Source: Owenia fusiformis
Lineage: Eukaryota
Direction of reading: 5' to 3'
Assembly (NCBI GenBank): GCA_903813345.2
Contig: CAIIXF020000001.1
Coordinates: 25,730,001-25,794,000 of the forward strand
Length of the DNA: 64,000 nucleotides
Shown: one piece after another, positions 49,686 through 62,894 of the stretch
Numbering within the stretch: the stretch's first letter is position 1
How the letters are laid out: every line of letters begins with the position of its first letter
Notes under the pieces: model-generated
Seen by the model: the letters and a program-made list of their open reading frames with translations, nothing else
Databases searched by the model: none
What the model was told of the DNA's origin: nothing
Program-made: the position numbers and the translations under genes

Positions 49686-52271
49686 TTATCGCTTAGACTT
49701 GAAGTACTCATTGAGAACATCCAAGGCCTGTGTTTCTTTGCCATAATCCTGGAAGCACAACATGTTCAAGTTTATATACATGTACATGTTTAATTGTTTA
49801 TTGGTTCATTTGGCAATTTCAACATTTTCTGGATAATTTGGCAAATTAATCATCTTGAAATATTACATAATCATATTTCATAACTGTGTATTGACAATGG
49901 TCTTTAAGTTAAATAGCCATACATAATTTGTTTACTTATCTTTCTTCTGTCTTAGAATTAATACATTCAAAATGGTCTATTGTGAGCTTAAAAGGCAACT
50001 CAGATAAGACTTTGTGAGCTAGTCGGAACAAGTTCTCTTCAGTGTGATATTCACTCAAAGCGAGCTGGGATTATCCATACATCATTGTTGCCTTCAAATG
50101 CTAATAGAAACAATTCCAAACCTTACGGCTCAGATGCTACTATCTCAATGTATACTGACCTTAACAACAACGCAGCTACAGCTAACAACCTTTCTTGCCT
50201 TGCCTTCTTTGTCGATCTTGCAAAGACCAGCCCACTCTCCTAGCTTCTTATTGTCCTCAACCTAAAATGTGAACAAATCCACATTAGTTCAAGATACATA
50301 ACCCTACATGTTAAGAGTAAAAATGATGTTATTCATCCAATATTTTTCACAAATGACCATCTTAAACGTTATAAAGTGAACAGTTTCTGTTCAAACAAGC
50401 TAAATTTTTGTTTGTCCTCAGTGGGGTTCAAGCTAATCCTCATGAATTGTTTATTCAGAAGAGGGAGCATTGTCTTCATCATTGGGCAAACATCCTGACA
50501 AACACCCCAAATATTTGCAAAATGTTTTATCATAACTGGAACACTAAGTGAAAAATAATTCACAAGCATGATATAAATTGGGATTTATTTGTCATATAAA
50601 ATATTTATATAGGCCATTTTAGAGCAAAATGAACCATTGGTGAAAAAACATATGACCAGAAAGTATTAGTTCTAGTTTACCTTCAAGAGGTTGATTCCAT
50701 GTTCAGCACAGAGAGCTTCAACAAGTTTGACATACATGGGTTCGTCACAGTTGTTAGCGAGGATACACAAATGAGCTTGACGCCTAAAATAAAGACAATC
50801 ATGTATTTAGTGAAAACTAAACTGATTCCATTGATTGTTTGAGATCTTCAAGAGTTCAATAGAGACCATTTATTATTAAGCAGACATACATCCAGTACAA
50901 TAGCATTTTGAATTTATGTTTGTCCTCAGTGGGGTTCAAGCTAATCCTCATGAATTGTTTATTCAGAAGAGGGAGCATTGTCTTCATCATTGGGCAAACA
51001 CTATTTGATAATCAAAAATTTTCATGTTGAAGTGTTTTACAAGATTATTTTTCCACAATTCATTGACAACTTGCAAAACGACTGGGTTGTTTGTTGTAAA
51101 ACCTAATAAAAAGGAAGCAATCAAGAGACCACCGTACAGTATCATATAAAATAATACTAATTCACATTAAAATAAGTTTTACCTATGTGCACTAAACCAT
51201 GTGGACTAGGGATTTAGGAAATTTCAGCCATAGCAATTTATGTCAGAATAGCATCAAAATAGAGAGGCAACACATTAACTAGCCAATTCAAGATGCGTGC
51301 GAGTGTATTTTTCCATAGGTCAGAAACTGCACCTTGTTTTGACGGTTTAATTGACAAACAACTCAAATGAAATGTACTCTACAGCAAAATTGTAAATGTT
51401 TGGAACTTCTTTGAATTTAAAAAATAAGCAATCAAATGACTTTATTCCAACGAAAAATGGAAACATATGTACAAGTCCTAACTGAGTTATGTATAATGTG
51501 CAGAAAAGCTGTGGCCTTTTGTAATTTTTTCGAAAACAACATGGCAGAGAAGCATCAAAATATAACAAGCCACAGATATGATAGCTAAACTACAAAACAA
51601 ACGTACACAGGATTTGGCAAGGGGGATTCACTTGCTCAGAATGGTGAAAACTGCATAATTTTGGAAGAATTTTAGGCCAGGGGGATTACGCCCAAACCCC
51701 CCGAACCCCCTTCCTGGCTTCGGCCCTGTACCGATTCAAATAGCGTAAAAATGGATTGGTAGAGTGGTTGTAGCCACAGGAATTCGTTGAGAGTTTAACA
51801 TAAGTCAACAAAACACTAGCACAACATATATCAAACTTACTTGTCAAGTGTCTTAGCACATTCATGGAGACCTCTTGAGAGTCCATCATGGACCATTGCA
51901 TTCTTCAGTACCTCCTGAACAGCTGTGTTCATATCCATTGGGCCAGAGTCGACTGCAACAGGTGCTGCAGCAGCTCCGGCATCATCTCTGTAATGGGAAT
52001 TAATCCATTATCAAATAAACAATACCATCACGTTGTAGGGATTACTCAAACCGATAGATTTTTCCAATAAATGTCACTGAAATTCTGAACGTGGCCCATA
52101 CCAATAATAACTGGTTTGAACCCAAGCAGATGAAATGGTGGATACATTTTACAAACACCATACTGTCACACAACACAATGCAGTATAATACTATTTTAAT
52201 TTCATGTAGAACTCACGAATCTGAATGAAAATGTTTTTTTAAAGAAATTCTTACCCTTCCGCATCAGACAT
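49686..52271 (-). CDS. RPS12: 40S ribosomal protein S12 (eS12), 143 aa
   Basis: Exons 52271-52255, 51987-51841, 50783-50681, 50261-50160, 49748-49686. Protein MSDAEGDD...[51 protein letters not shown]...[39 protein letters not shown] on the minus strand near 49560. Confidence 0.97.
49994..50092 (-). ncRNA. Candidate box C/D snoRNA in the last RPS12 intron, target unassigned
   Basis: Terminal stem GGCAAC/GTTGCC, box C-like ATGATGT, internal CTGA, box D CTGA adjacent to the 3' stem. Confidence 0.6.
50409..50492 (-). ncRNA. Box C/D snoRNA, SNORD100-like, copy 1
   Basis: TGTTTGCCC-A-ATGATGA(C)...TGCTCCCTCTT-CTGA(D')...ATGAGGA(C')...CTGA(D)-GGACAAACA. The D' guide is complementary to the conserved 18S AGAGGGAGC segment. 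Confidence 0.85.
50917..51000 (-). ncRNA. Box C/D snoRNA, SNORD100-like, copy 2
   Basis: 84 nt identical to 50409-50492, in the preceding RPS12 intron. Confidence 0.85.
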
Positions 52272-52426
52272 GTTGGTCAATTTTTGCGGACGTCCTTCTG
52301 AAAATAGACATAACAACACAATATATATGTTGGTTAGTATAAATAAATGGCATAAACTCAAAACAAGTGACCGATGATACACAGAAGCAGAGATATTTTG
52401 AGATATTATGGATTATTTTCACTCAC

Positions 52427-52462
52427 AATGATGCCTGTTAAAATCTTAAACGGAAAAGGAAG
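52427..52462 (-). promoter_or_regulatory. RPS12: RPS12 non-coding first exon with 5'TOP/TCT-like start
   Basis: Minus strand CTTCCTTTTCCG...CATT followed by a GTGAGT donor; matching acceptor near 52298 just upstream of the ATG exon. This is the typical ribosomal-protein gene layout. Confidence 0.7.
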
Positions 52463-52814
52463 TTGCAAGGTGCACGTGATGAATTATGGGAAAATTTAAT
52501 ACTGAGCTACAGGAATACATCCGTATCTTCTTCTCATTTGTAACAGAGGGATGAAAAAGATACGTCTTAATATCATTCACGCGAAAATATTTATTGTTAG
52601 GTATACATTTCAAATGTAAAACAATATAATAAACGTATTCAATAAACCTAATGGTCTGCCCACTTATTTACACTGTACAAAAAAAGAAATAATTCCCCGG
52701 GAACAAAGTATATCTTAACTTCTATATTCTATAAGTGGGCACTGGCGGGTCCAGAAGCTAACAGGCCTTGTTGCCACTTTAAATTGGTAACCGTCGTATA
52801 ATAAAATAATGATT

Positions 52815-53864
52815 AGTAGCCGAGACAACACAAGTCCCAAGTCTGTCTTTACTCTCATTTCTTCACTTTTAAAAGTTAAGTCACCACTTGCACTGCATGC
52901 ACATTCCTTGGAAATTTCCTAACATACTTAGAATTTCATTGGTTTTGAATTTTGATTATAATGTATTTGTTAAAAATAGGGAAACATTTGATTTTGATTG
53001 GCCTATAACCCAAATTTGCCATTTTGTAACAAATGCAACATTTTGACGAAATTAATAAAATTCACTACTTTTGGTGTAATGAACTCCAAAATGACCAAAT
53101 GTTTTCTTATTCAGCACAAATGTAACTCTTTTGGGTAGTTGAGACATTTCCGAGAAAAATGGTATGCAGAAACGGGGCCAAAAACGACCAATGAACTGAG
53201 ATGTCTGCATTATTTGAGATTTTGGCATGTTTCAATGGCCTGATAAATGGATGGGGTAGGGGAGTGGCATAACTTTTGAGCTTATTCCAGTTACCATGAT
53301 TTTAATCAAATGAATGATATTTGGTATCACTCTTAAAGCTTGTAATATGTGCTTAAATTTGGTACCCGTATTATGACATCAAATTATATATTATGACATC
53401 ACAGTGGTACCAAAACGACCTTAAATGATGTAAAAAGAAGCACCAAAATGCAGCAAAATAATGGTACGACTCAGACATTCTTTTGACAATTCACTACTTG
53501 CCACAATCGATGAATGCATTTCTCATTGCGGTACTCCCAATGCACGATCTGATGACTGGCAAAAAATAAGTGATAGTTATTCAAATAAGATTAGATACAC
53601 CATATTGTATCTGCCATTTATAACTTGGAGTTTTATAAATATTGTCAAAATGTTGCATTTGTTGCACAAAATGGAAAATTCTGAGTATAGACCAATCAAA
53701 ATCAAATGTTTCCTTATATTTAACAAAGAAATAATCAAAACCATTGGAATTCTATGTTAGGATTTTTCCAAGGAATTTGCATGCAAAATGTGGTGACTTA
53801 ACTATTAAAAGTGAAAAAATGAGAGTAAATATACAGACTTGGGACTTGTGTTGTCTCGGCTACT
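52815..53864. mobile_element. Non-autonomous TIR element of about 1.05 kb
   Basis: About 70-bp TIRs AGTAGCCGAGACAACACAAGTCCCAAGTCTG... / ...CAGACTTGGGACTTGTGTTGTCTCGGCTACT. Confidence 0.8.
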
Positions 53865-54882
53865 CATATGATAATTAACATAATTATCAATCCGATTGTT
53901 AATTTATGTACCGTAATATACGGCACTATAACATAAGTTGTTACATGTAGTCAAGAGATGGTACCAATCACAACTATATCGGACATAAAAAGTTAAACTC
54001 AAAGATGCAATGTTTTTGTGCCATGGCTACGGCTAGAACAGCAGAATGGCAGCCACTTCACCAATCGGGAGAGACGTACAGAGACTCACCATCATACCCC
54101 GGATCATACCATTAATCCGCCTGCCATTAACCACCTTCATATTATCCATCTCAGTCAAGTTACAGTTTTCATATTTATTCACAGTTAAATTTTATTTACA
54201 GTTTACATGTAACTCATTTATAGTCACTTATATTTGAAAAATACATAAAACTAAAAACTAAAAGATAAGAAATTGTACAGGGGGCATCGGTATTTTATGA
54301 AAAATAAGAAGAACTAAAAAGTTTTAGTAAACATGCTGAGTTTTTCCATAGTTCGTCATGTATTTTATTTTTGAGCATGTGCTTTCTACAAGTTCATCGC
54401 CGATATAGTCAGCTTTCCAACCGGTAAGTTTGTCCATCAGTGATGTGTACAAAAATTACTTTACCGTCACTTTGAACTTTACCTTTCCGCGGTATTACTC
54501 GGATTGTGTTACATTATCTAATACTGCCATTAAGGATAAATCTCACACCCAATGCCTTTCCCAAAAACCCAGTGATCAGATCAAAATAAGGTACGGTTAT
54601 AGCACTGGCTCGTAAGTGAAACGTTTCGTGCACAAAAACAGGACTAGTTTAAGCCCGGAGTTTAAGTCAAAATTTAATTTCGAAATTGAATAATTTTTAA
54701 CACGTACAGACGCTAGCCGCGGTAGATAAAAGTCCTAGTACTTTTCATCTTCCTTGCAAGCAGGGGATTTAGGACTTCTCAATAAATTAGTTCATTTAAT
54801 TCATATCGTCGACATGTGACCATAGATAAGCCAATGGGCATCCAGAATACACGTCACGGTGCGGTACCCAAACTACGTGCGA

Positions 54883-55511
54883 ACTATGTACGCAGCTTTT
54901 AACCCTGACAAACTGCGCGCATATTTAAAAATGGCAGACGGGGAGGACACGACTCCCATAAGAATAAAAAGTACTGGAAGAATACAAGCTAGGTTTTCTG
55001 TGTAAATTCATTAAGCTATGTGGAGACTAGCTTACTTTACTACAAGTAGCACTCGTTTTTTCCTGATGTAAACCTAGTTATCTCAATAAAAGGTTCCTAA
55101 GGAGCTTTCGTGTTCAAATTATACAGTGTTGCATCATAATGGCTGTTTGTTGTAGTTTTAAGTTTTCAGCCCTTGTGTTTGCATATACTGGGAGAAACGA
55201 CTGCTGCACATAGTTTAGTAATATAGTATTTTCTTTTTTCTGTGAAAAATGCGATATCTTAACTTATGTGTCGGTAATCGAAAGACCGATGACAATTTTT
55301 TATTAATCTGCTTATATTTTAAAACCTACGTTCATCTAGACATAACCTTCGCTATCACATGGTAGAATCATATAATCGCCACCAAATAGACGTATGAAAC
55401 TATATATAAAACAATGGAGAATAAATGTCTTAAAATGACGTTTGAAAAAACTTGTATGATGCAGTGTTTATATCCGCGCAGTTTGTCAGTGTTACAAACT
55501 GCGTGCATAGT
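54883..55511. mobile_element. Non-autonomous TIR element
   Basis: ACTATGTACGCAGCTTTTAACCCTGACAAACTGCGCG is inverted against CGCGCAGTTTGTCAGTGTTACAAACTGCGTGCATAGT. Confidence 0.65.
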
Positions 55512-56615
55512 GTTAACTCTGATGTGTTAGTGATCTGTTTGTGCTGTTGTTGATCTCAAACGAAAGATCAGGGAAATACTATGAAGATCAAAAGCGAGAC
55601 TTCATTTAAGCATGTTGTTCTTTTAATATTTGAAATGTACATGAAGTTCCATTTTTGAGGGGCTGAAAATCACTTCTTCTGTTCTTGGAATTATTTCCAG
55701 GAGTGGATTAACGACTTTCGGTTTTATTTCCATCATGTACAGTATGCTTAAATTAGTACTTTTTGTAGAGTATATTTTACCTTGTAAGGTCGATGCGATA
55801 TGTAACTGACACTCTATCCACACCTTTGCATTCGTTCGACTTCCGAATTCTTAAAAGAGAGCTCCGTGTTCATAGATTATTGTAGTTTAACTAGACTCTG
55901 CACACAGGGTACACCAGGTTAACAACCGATTTGTTCCTTCGTTTACATTCTTTTTGGAAACAATATTGCGAGAGTAGATTTACTTTTATATATTTTACAT
56001 AGTGAACCATTATTACAATTTTTCGGGTTTTACAATTATCATGGGCTCTACCATAGAGCCCATGCAATTATTCAGCTGGGCAAAGTGATGAAAGTACTGA
56101 AAACTCGGATCTGTAGGATAAATAAAAATTCATAAATATTGTATACAGTCGATTGTTGATAATAATATTATTGATAATATAGTATTGTAATTAATGAAAA
56201 TGAAGAACAAGCACAGATACAATTTTTGCAAGTTATTGAACCTTTGTATTTTTATTTCATTAGTGTATTTTCATTTCATATTCTACATGCATAATTCCTT
56301 TCATTAGAAATACCTAATTGGTGATCTTACCTCTTATGAAAACTGTTTACTAGATTTTACGAGATAAGCACAATAACATGAGTAATGAGTATGAGGTAGA
56401 GGTAGTGTTACAATTTTTTTTATAAATAACAATTTTGAAACCATGATACATTTTTTCTGACTATATAGAGACTATGTCAACAAATATCTGCTTACATATT
56501 GACAATGTCAACGTCTCTGAGGCTTAATAGTCGACTTACACAGAGTGGACCACTGAAGGTCTTTACAGGTTTCACTGTATTCACTAATGTTTAAAGTCTA
56601 TTGTACAACCCTGCA

Positions 56616-59600
56616 TCACCTGGTGTTCACAGCATCAGAGTTCAAGATCATTTTCAATATTTTATCATTTTTCTCTTTTTCTTCTTTTTCCCCATATAAT
56701 GGTAAAAAGGATATAATACCATTGACAAGAATAATTTCTGTTGACTGAGACTCTAAGTATTTGATATTCTTCCTGATATATTGGACAACTGTCTCTATTT
56801 TCTCTGGTTCATCAGTGTCCTTGTTGAATACATTACGCCAGATGGCACCACTTAGGATGTAATCATCACCAAGGAGACCCTGGAATATAAAAATATCACG
56901 ATAGATTGACTTTCTACATCCTAGGTCTATGGTAGTAATAACATTGTATAAAAACGATATGCTTTTTTGAAACATCTCTGACATTTCAGTTAAAACACAG
57001 TTACACTACAGGGTGACCAGAAAAAAGTGGACCATTGTTTTTTCTTTTAACTACCACATTAATGCCATGATTAGCGTAGAATCAAAGTTTGTCTTCAGTG
57101 CCAGGGAGCACATATGAAACATGTCCTATAATGGCCATCAAATAAAAATAGAAGGAGATTGACATTTCATTGACATTAAAACTTCCACATCTGTTAAAAC
57201 ACCGACACATCTGATAGCACACTAACCCATCAGATACAACTCAAGTTGGCACACCAAAAACAACTTACATACCTCATCATAACCAAATAAAGCTCCCTGG
57301 AAATGCTCATTCAATTGTTGCACCCCACTCTTCCTTACTGTGGAAGATACTCCCTCCTGAAACAATATGTCACATGGATTAGATATAATATAGCACAAGT
57401 AGTGAGAACAGGTATTAACGGAATACGGAACACACATGTGGCAATATTAATTAAAACTCAAGGCAATCACATAGAATATGAAGAAGTTCACATGCTATAG
57501 TAGAATTAAAAGTTGGAATTGTAACCACAGCGAATAATACAAATTTAGATATTCTCGTCAAATAGTAAGATCTTTCTCACCCCAATCTTCTTTGACCTGA
57601 CTTCGATGTCACTCCAGAGAGCCTGTATGAGTTGATTCCTAACATAGCGCCCTTCTCGACCCTCTGAGCCAAGCCGCACCATTATCATCCTGCAAAACAC
57701 AGTGCAAAATCAAAATTGAACTGAACCAAATATCTATATGGATGAAAACACCAGGTATACAAACAACACAAAGAAGACTACAATTTATACAGATTGTGTA
57801 CTTATATACCAGTATACTATAATAACAATTCTGTAAAAACATACTTCTATTCTGAACACCAACAGGTTCCCTAATATGCAATCCATTTATTGCAAGTATA
57901 GCAACGGAACATATTGTATAGGAAAGATGTTACGGTTCAGGCCCTTAGCCAAGGGGGTTTGGTGAGTTTGAGCACAAGGGTAATATGAAAAGTTCAACCA
58001 CCTAAATATAGTATATCATGACTTAAAAAGATGCTTTGGAAATTTTCTGAAAAAAGTTATTGGTATTTTAATTTTTGAATAGTTGAATTTCCGCCATTTA
58101 GTAGCAAAGGTTTAAATTTATTGACCATCAAATATAACATTCAAATAAAGGCCTATATGTGTTGAAAAGAAGTGTTTATCTTTTTGTTTTGTTTCTCTAC
58201 CATTGGTTTCAATGAGAATTTACATTTTTAATACCCTTTTCTCTGAACCACTTTTCTGCGTTTGTGAGTTCATTTCTCTCTTATTCTTCAACCAATCTTC
58301 TTAATTTTTTCAACATAAAATAGATTTGGGAGTATGGTATCTATTGGTGTGCAAATACTGCTTATTAATATATGCAGGTGACAACAAAAATTTAATTGAA
58401 ATAAGTTAACAATTTTTCGAACAAAGAGTCCTTCAAAATCACCATTTTTAAATTAAATTGAAAAGTTTCACATACCACCCTTTGATAACATTAGGTAAGA
58501 CTATAATATAAACCAAAGTGGTTTAAACTTTATATGGGGCCTTTAAGGGAATTTTCTTATATCCTGCCATGTTATCTACCCCGAATTAGCCACCTGGTGG
58601 TGAAACTAGCAACTACCTACTCGCATCAGTGTAATTGGCAGAAGATTAGCAGATGAATTATTGCTTGTGCTATTACCAAATTCAAAACTCCAGCGAGCAC
58701 ATAGATTTCAAAATCTGATGACTTACCATAGATGCAGTTCTGTCATTAGAAACCATGAGTTAAATGTATCTGGTAATCCTAATTCTGAAAATATAGGGAT
58801 TCAAAAGACAAGTAGTACGTACAGTAAAGTACCGGTATATGACATACTGTAGCCTATATACTATACAGTTACATGATGCTGCTGTTAACATTCAAAAGAT
58901 CCCAATGAAAAGTCAGGGAAACTGATAACCAAGAAATTACATTCTAGACTAGACTGTGGAATTTAGATGAAAGTTTCATTCTATGCAGCACTTACCTTTA
59001 ACAAAATAATCAGAATCTATCAGTTCAACTGCACACATATACAACCGGTATGCACCCCAATACATTTTCTGAAAAGCAATTGTTGTATAGATTAAAGTGG
59101 CAGCAACAAAATCAGTAAAAATTTGAAAGCAATCTTTTCAAAAAGCATAGGAATGTTTCCATTGTAACTAATTTTACTGTCTGAAAAGGAGAATTTAGAT
59201 CATCAAATATGGATATTGTCAGAGATTAGGATGCAGAGAATCCAAAATCATTTGAATAAAATTGAAATGGGGGACACTATTGCCATGCAACCCATTGAAC
59301 TATTGAACCTTTTAGAAAAATAGAAAGACTGTATGACAAGGAATGTTGTGAGCAATATTACAGTAGGCTCTTTCAAAATTGTGATATTTCAGAAATTTAC
59401 TCTCAACTTTTCTCTCGTCAGTGTTACAGTTGCATCTTAAATATGCAGATTTGATCTCTAGTTTTCTACATACATTTCTATTTCCACTTCCAAAGATGAA
59501 GTAAATAAATTTAAAATTAGAATTTAGAAGCCAGTTGGAAAATATTTTCAAATAATTTTGTATACGCTACAATTTAATTTCACAAAAAAGGAGGATATTA

Positions 59601-60676
59601 AGCTATTTCATTATTGGTCTATGCTCAGTCTATTAATGTACTTACAGCTTTTGGATATCTCATGGGAGTCATTCCAAGTTTATCTTTTACTTTCTCTGTT
59701 GCAGTGGCAATTACACCATAGTTTGTAGCAGGCACATACATGCAGTCCATCTAGAGAAAAGCAGTAAAGTGCTAAGAACATGTATATCACATAAAATAAT
59801 GGAGTACTGTGCTATAATACAACAATACATTTCTGATACTTAATGTAGGACTCATGAGATTTTCATCATGAAACACCAATTCCCTGATCATTACCATTGG
59901 TCGTGAGTGTAAAATCACAGGCTTTCAAGAGAAACCCCATGGTAAAATGTTTTAGAGGTTGATTAGATATCGAGTCTCTTATCTAAAAATGAATGATTTC
60001 ATTAGATACGAGAATCAATATCTAGAGATTGTAATAGAAAGGGTTCAAGCAACATCCCCCTGGGTAAAGGTTTTTCAAAATCATGCAGTTTTTTTACCAG
60101 TCTGAGCACATGTGAATTTGGGCAAAAGTTGTCGAATGTAAACACCCCTCTGGAATTTTTGAAATGTGAGCCCTTTCATTGGCAAAATTTGGCGACGGCC
60201 CCACTGTCAGATCCAGTGGTTGTTTGGACCGTTTAGGGCATTATTTGGCATTTTTATCTTTAATTTATTTTTTAACTGGCCAAATTATCAAAAATGGGCT
60301 TCATATTTTCAAAATATTCGCCCATTTTTGGGTTTTAGGGGCCCAAAATGTTTTCCCTGCAAGCGCTCTTGACTCAAAATTTGCCCCCCCCCCTTGTTAT
60401 CTTGTTGATCCGCCAGTGGGTCCTGTGCAACATATTGACGTATGATCTTTCATTATTATATATTATAGTAGACTAAGATGGCAGACCTTCTAAATATCAT
60501 GGGGTGGCATATGCACATCAAATAAATTGAAATAATGGCAAATAATTGAATGGGCGATAATAGAGATAAAATCATACCTTTCTGGTGTAATGGTTCAAAA
60601 CTTGATATTTGACGCTAGGTCGATTGCAAGTTGCTTGTTTTATGATTGTTTGTAATGCCCTACACCTCCGAAACAT
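56616..60676 (-). CDS. UQCC1: Ubiquinol-cytochrome c reductase complex assembly factor 1 (Cbp3 family), about 263 aa
   Basis: Exons 60676-60578, 59750-59646, 59068-58996, 58784-58727, 57689-57581, 57356-57273, 56879-56616. Motifs [23 protein letters not shown] and GALFGYDEGLLGDDYILSGAIWRNVF; basic N-terminus MFRRCRALQ resembles a mitochondrial presequence. Confidence 0.9.
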
Positions 60677-60933
60677 GTTTTTAGGTTAAAAATAGCGACG
60701 ACGAAGTAAAAAGAGAAGAGTTTTTATTTTAAAGTTTCGTAAGTTTTCAAAGCCGCAGCACTCTTTAACAAATTTTAATTTTATCTGAGATTTTCGGGAC
60801 TTTTCTCTCTAGATAATACGACAAATAATTCAAAGATCCAATGCATATGCTTCTAGAAAAGCATTTTGTGTGCAATAATTAGCTCACAAAATAGGAAAAT
60901 ATCTAGGTCAATTGTCAATGTTGAAGGAACATC
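60677..60933. promoter_or_regulatory. Putative bidirectional promoter/5'UTR region shared by UQCC1 and MRPL53
   Basis: Divergent ATGs only 257 bp apart. A plus-strand GTAAGT donor near 60739 and an AG acceptor near 60906 suggest an MRPL53 5'UTR intron. Confidence 0.6.
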
Positions 60934-62486
60934 ATGCATTCTCAAAAACATTTGACAAAATTGTTGAAGAATCTCTCTTTAGCGCAAATTAAAAATGTTA
61001 AGGTGGAGTTTAATCCTTTCCATTCAAAGACTAGATCTATAAGGTATGTAGCTATCACAACTAAATAATTTAAAAGACTAAGAATAACTTGTACAAAGTT
61101 ATTCAAAAAAAATTTCTATTTTTGGTGGGTGATAATTGAAAGTCAACTCAAAGGGCAAAAGTCCTGAACGTCCCTACAGGTTGTCAATCTGATTATAATA
61201 TCTATGGGAGAATTTTCCACGCCTGACAAACTAAATGACCCACAGTACGGACTGGAGTGAACATATTAGCGAAACTTGGGTAAAGTGAGGGCCAAAAATA
61301 AATCTCAACCTTCAAAAGTTGTCACAATTAGCTAAATTCTAAGACTCCCAGAATGCAACATCAGTTAACTTTATTTACTCGTGACAGATTTCAAAATGGC
61401 GGAACGTCTTTTGAAAGCTGGCACGTGTCATGTTGCATTCTGGGACCCAATCCACATTGGGGCGCAATCGGGCTCTAAATTCACCTCAACATTTGAAGAG
61501 TCGGCATTAACATGTGAATATCCACTTCAAATTTTTAAGTTCTTATTTGTCATTATGGACACAAATTCCACTATATGTGGACTTACTAGGACAGAGAAAA
61601 TAGAGCACTGAATACACTGAGGTGAGAATTTATTACATGTGCGACAGCATGTACTTTCTTAGCTTTTGTAATTCTTTATGTTCCCAACTGTAGATGTCCA
61701 TTTATAACAGCACAGAAAATATAAATTCAAAAAATAAAGTTATTTCTTTATTTTCTGAATCATGCCTAAATTAGCTCATCTTGGTGAGTGGAACTTGCAC
61801 AACTGTCATGGGCGTAGCGCTATTTTTATGAGTGCAGTAAAATTTTTAATGTTTGGAACTACTTTGAATTTAAAAAATAAGCAATCAAAGGACCATATTG
61901 AAACAGTATATGTAAAAATAGAAACATTTATACATGTCCTAACTTTTGTATATTTTAGTTTGATTTGTAGTTTAGCTATCATATCTGTGGCCTCTTATAT
62001 TTTGATGCTTCTCTGCCACGTTATTTTCGTAAAAATTAACATGGCGAAAACTCCCTAAATTACAAAAGGCCACAGCTTTACTGCGCATTATACATAACTA
62101 TCTGAAATATACAAAAGTTAGGACAAGTACATATGTTTCTATTTTTATATGCTGTTGCAATATAGTCATTTGATTGCTTATTTTTTAAATTCAAAGTAGT
62201 TCCAAACAATTAAAATTTTACTGTAGAACACCACCACCGGAACATGAGTTGAGCGAAGTGAAAAAAGAGCGTCCAGGGTGGTCTGGGGGGGGGGGGGGGT
62301 TCTCCCAAATCAGGTCCTATGTCAGGAAGAAATTTCTTTTTCATTTTAATATGAGACCAATTTTGTGTTGCAGAGAATTTCTCTTCCAAATAAGCGCCCA
62401 GAGGGTCAGAGAGACAAACAATAAATGCAGTTTGAAAATAGATGTCAAATCTGATGGATCAGACCCAAATGTTGATGTCAAATTTG
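60934..62486 (+). CDS. MRPL53: Mitochondrial ribosomal protein mL53, partial (first two coding exons; last exon not found in the window)
   Basis: Exons 60934-61043 (MHSQKHLTKLLKNLSLAQIKNVKVEFNPFHSKTRSIR) and 62374-62486 (EFLFQISAQRVRETNNKCSLKIDVKSDGSDPNVDVKF), GT-AG and in frame. Matches the recalled L53 pattern F.PF....S.R.FL......VR.TN..C....DV..DGS.P.VDV.F. Confidence 0.85.
61835..62223. mobile_element. Palindromic Tc1/mariner-like MITE; partial relative at about 51380-51600
   Basis: CAGTAAAATTTTTAATGTTTGGAACTACTTTGAATTTAAAAAATAAGCAATCAAA and its inverted copy ending at 62223; a similar sequence lies in an RPS12 intron. Confidence 0.75.
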
Positions 62487-62894
62487 GTAAGATATCTTTA
62501 GATCATAGTTTAGATGTGGAAGTTAATTATCTGGGTCAGATCCTTGTATTTTTGTGACTGATGAGGTACATAGGTGTTTGTTTGACTCTTTATAGTTTAA
62601 GGCATGTAGAGATTTTTCAATGTTGACAAGGATCTTGAAATATTGAAGTGAATTTCTCATATAACTTTCACCTACTTTTGCAGAAAAAAAGAAGGAACAA
62701 CATAAAACTAGTATAATCAATTAACTTTAAAATTAACTTTCGCCAGTCTATATTATTAGTTTGCCTCACATGCATGTTCATGTTTATTAAAATTGGATCA
62801 AAAGATCTAAGTGTCCTGGACCATTATATTTATTAAGAGCAAAAAAGAATCAAATGTTTTGGTGATGGAAGTGGTATATCAAGCATATGGTCAT

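Noticed and set aside
52066-52200. H/ACA snoRNA (SNORA33-like) in an RPS12 intron
   Set aside because: One plausible hairpin and an ACA-like end on the minus strand, but no convincing H box or first hairpin; needs Infernal or snoGPS.
61381-61621. Separate plus-strand first exon (AAAATGGCGG start, GTGAGA donor)
   Set aside because: The ORF stops before the donor, has no recognisable homology, and lies inside MRPL53 intron 1.
62684-62724. MRPL53 final exon after the TTTTGCAG acceptor
   Set aside because: It would encode EKKKEQHKTSIIN*, unlike the conserved L53 C-terminus; the true exon is probably outside the window.
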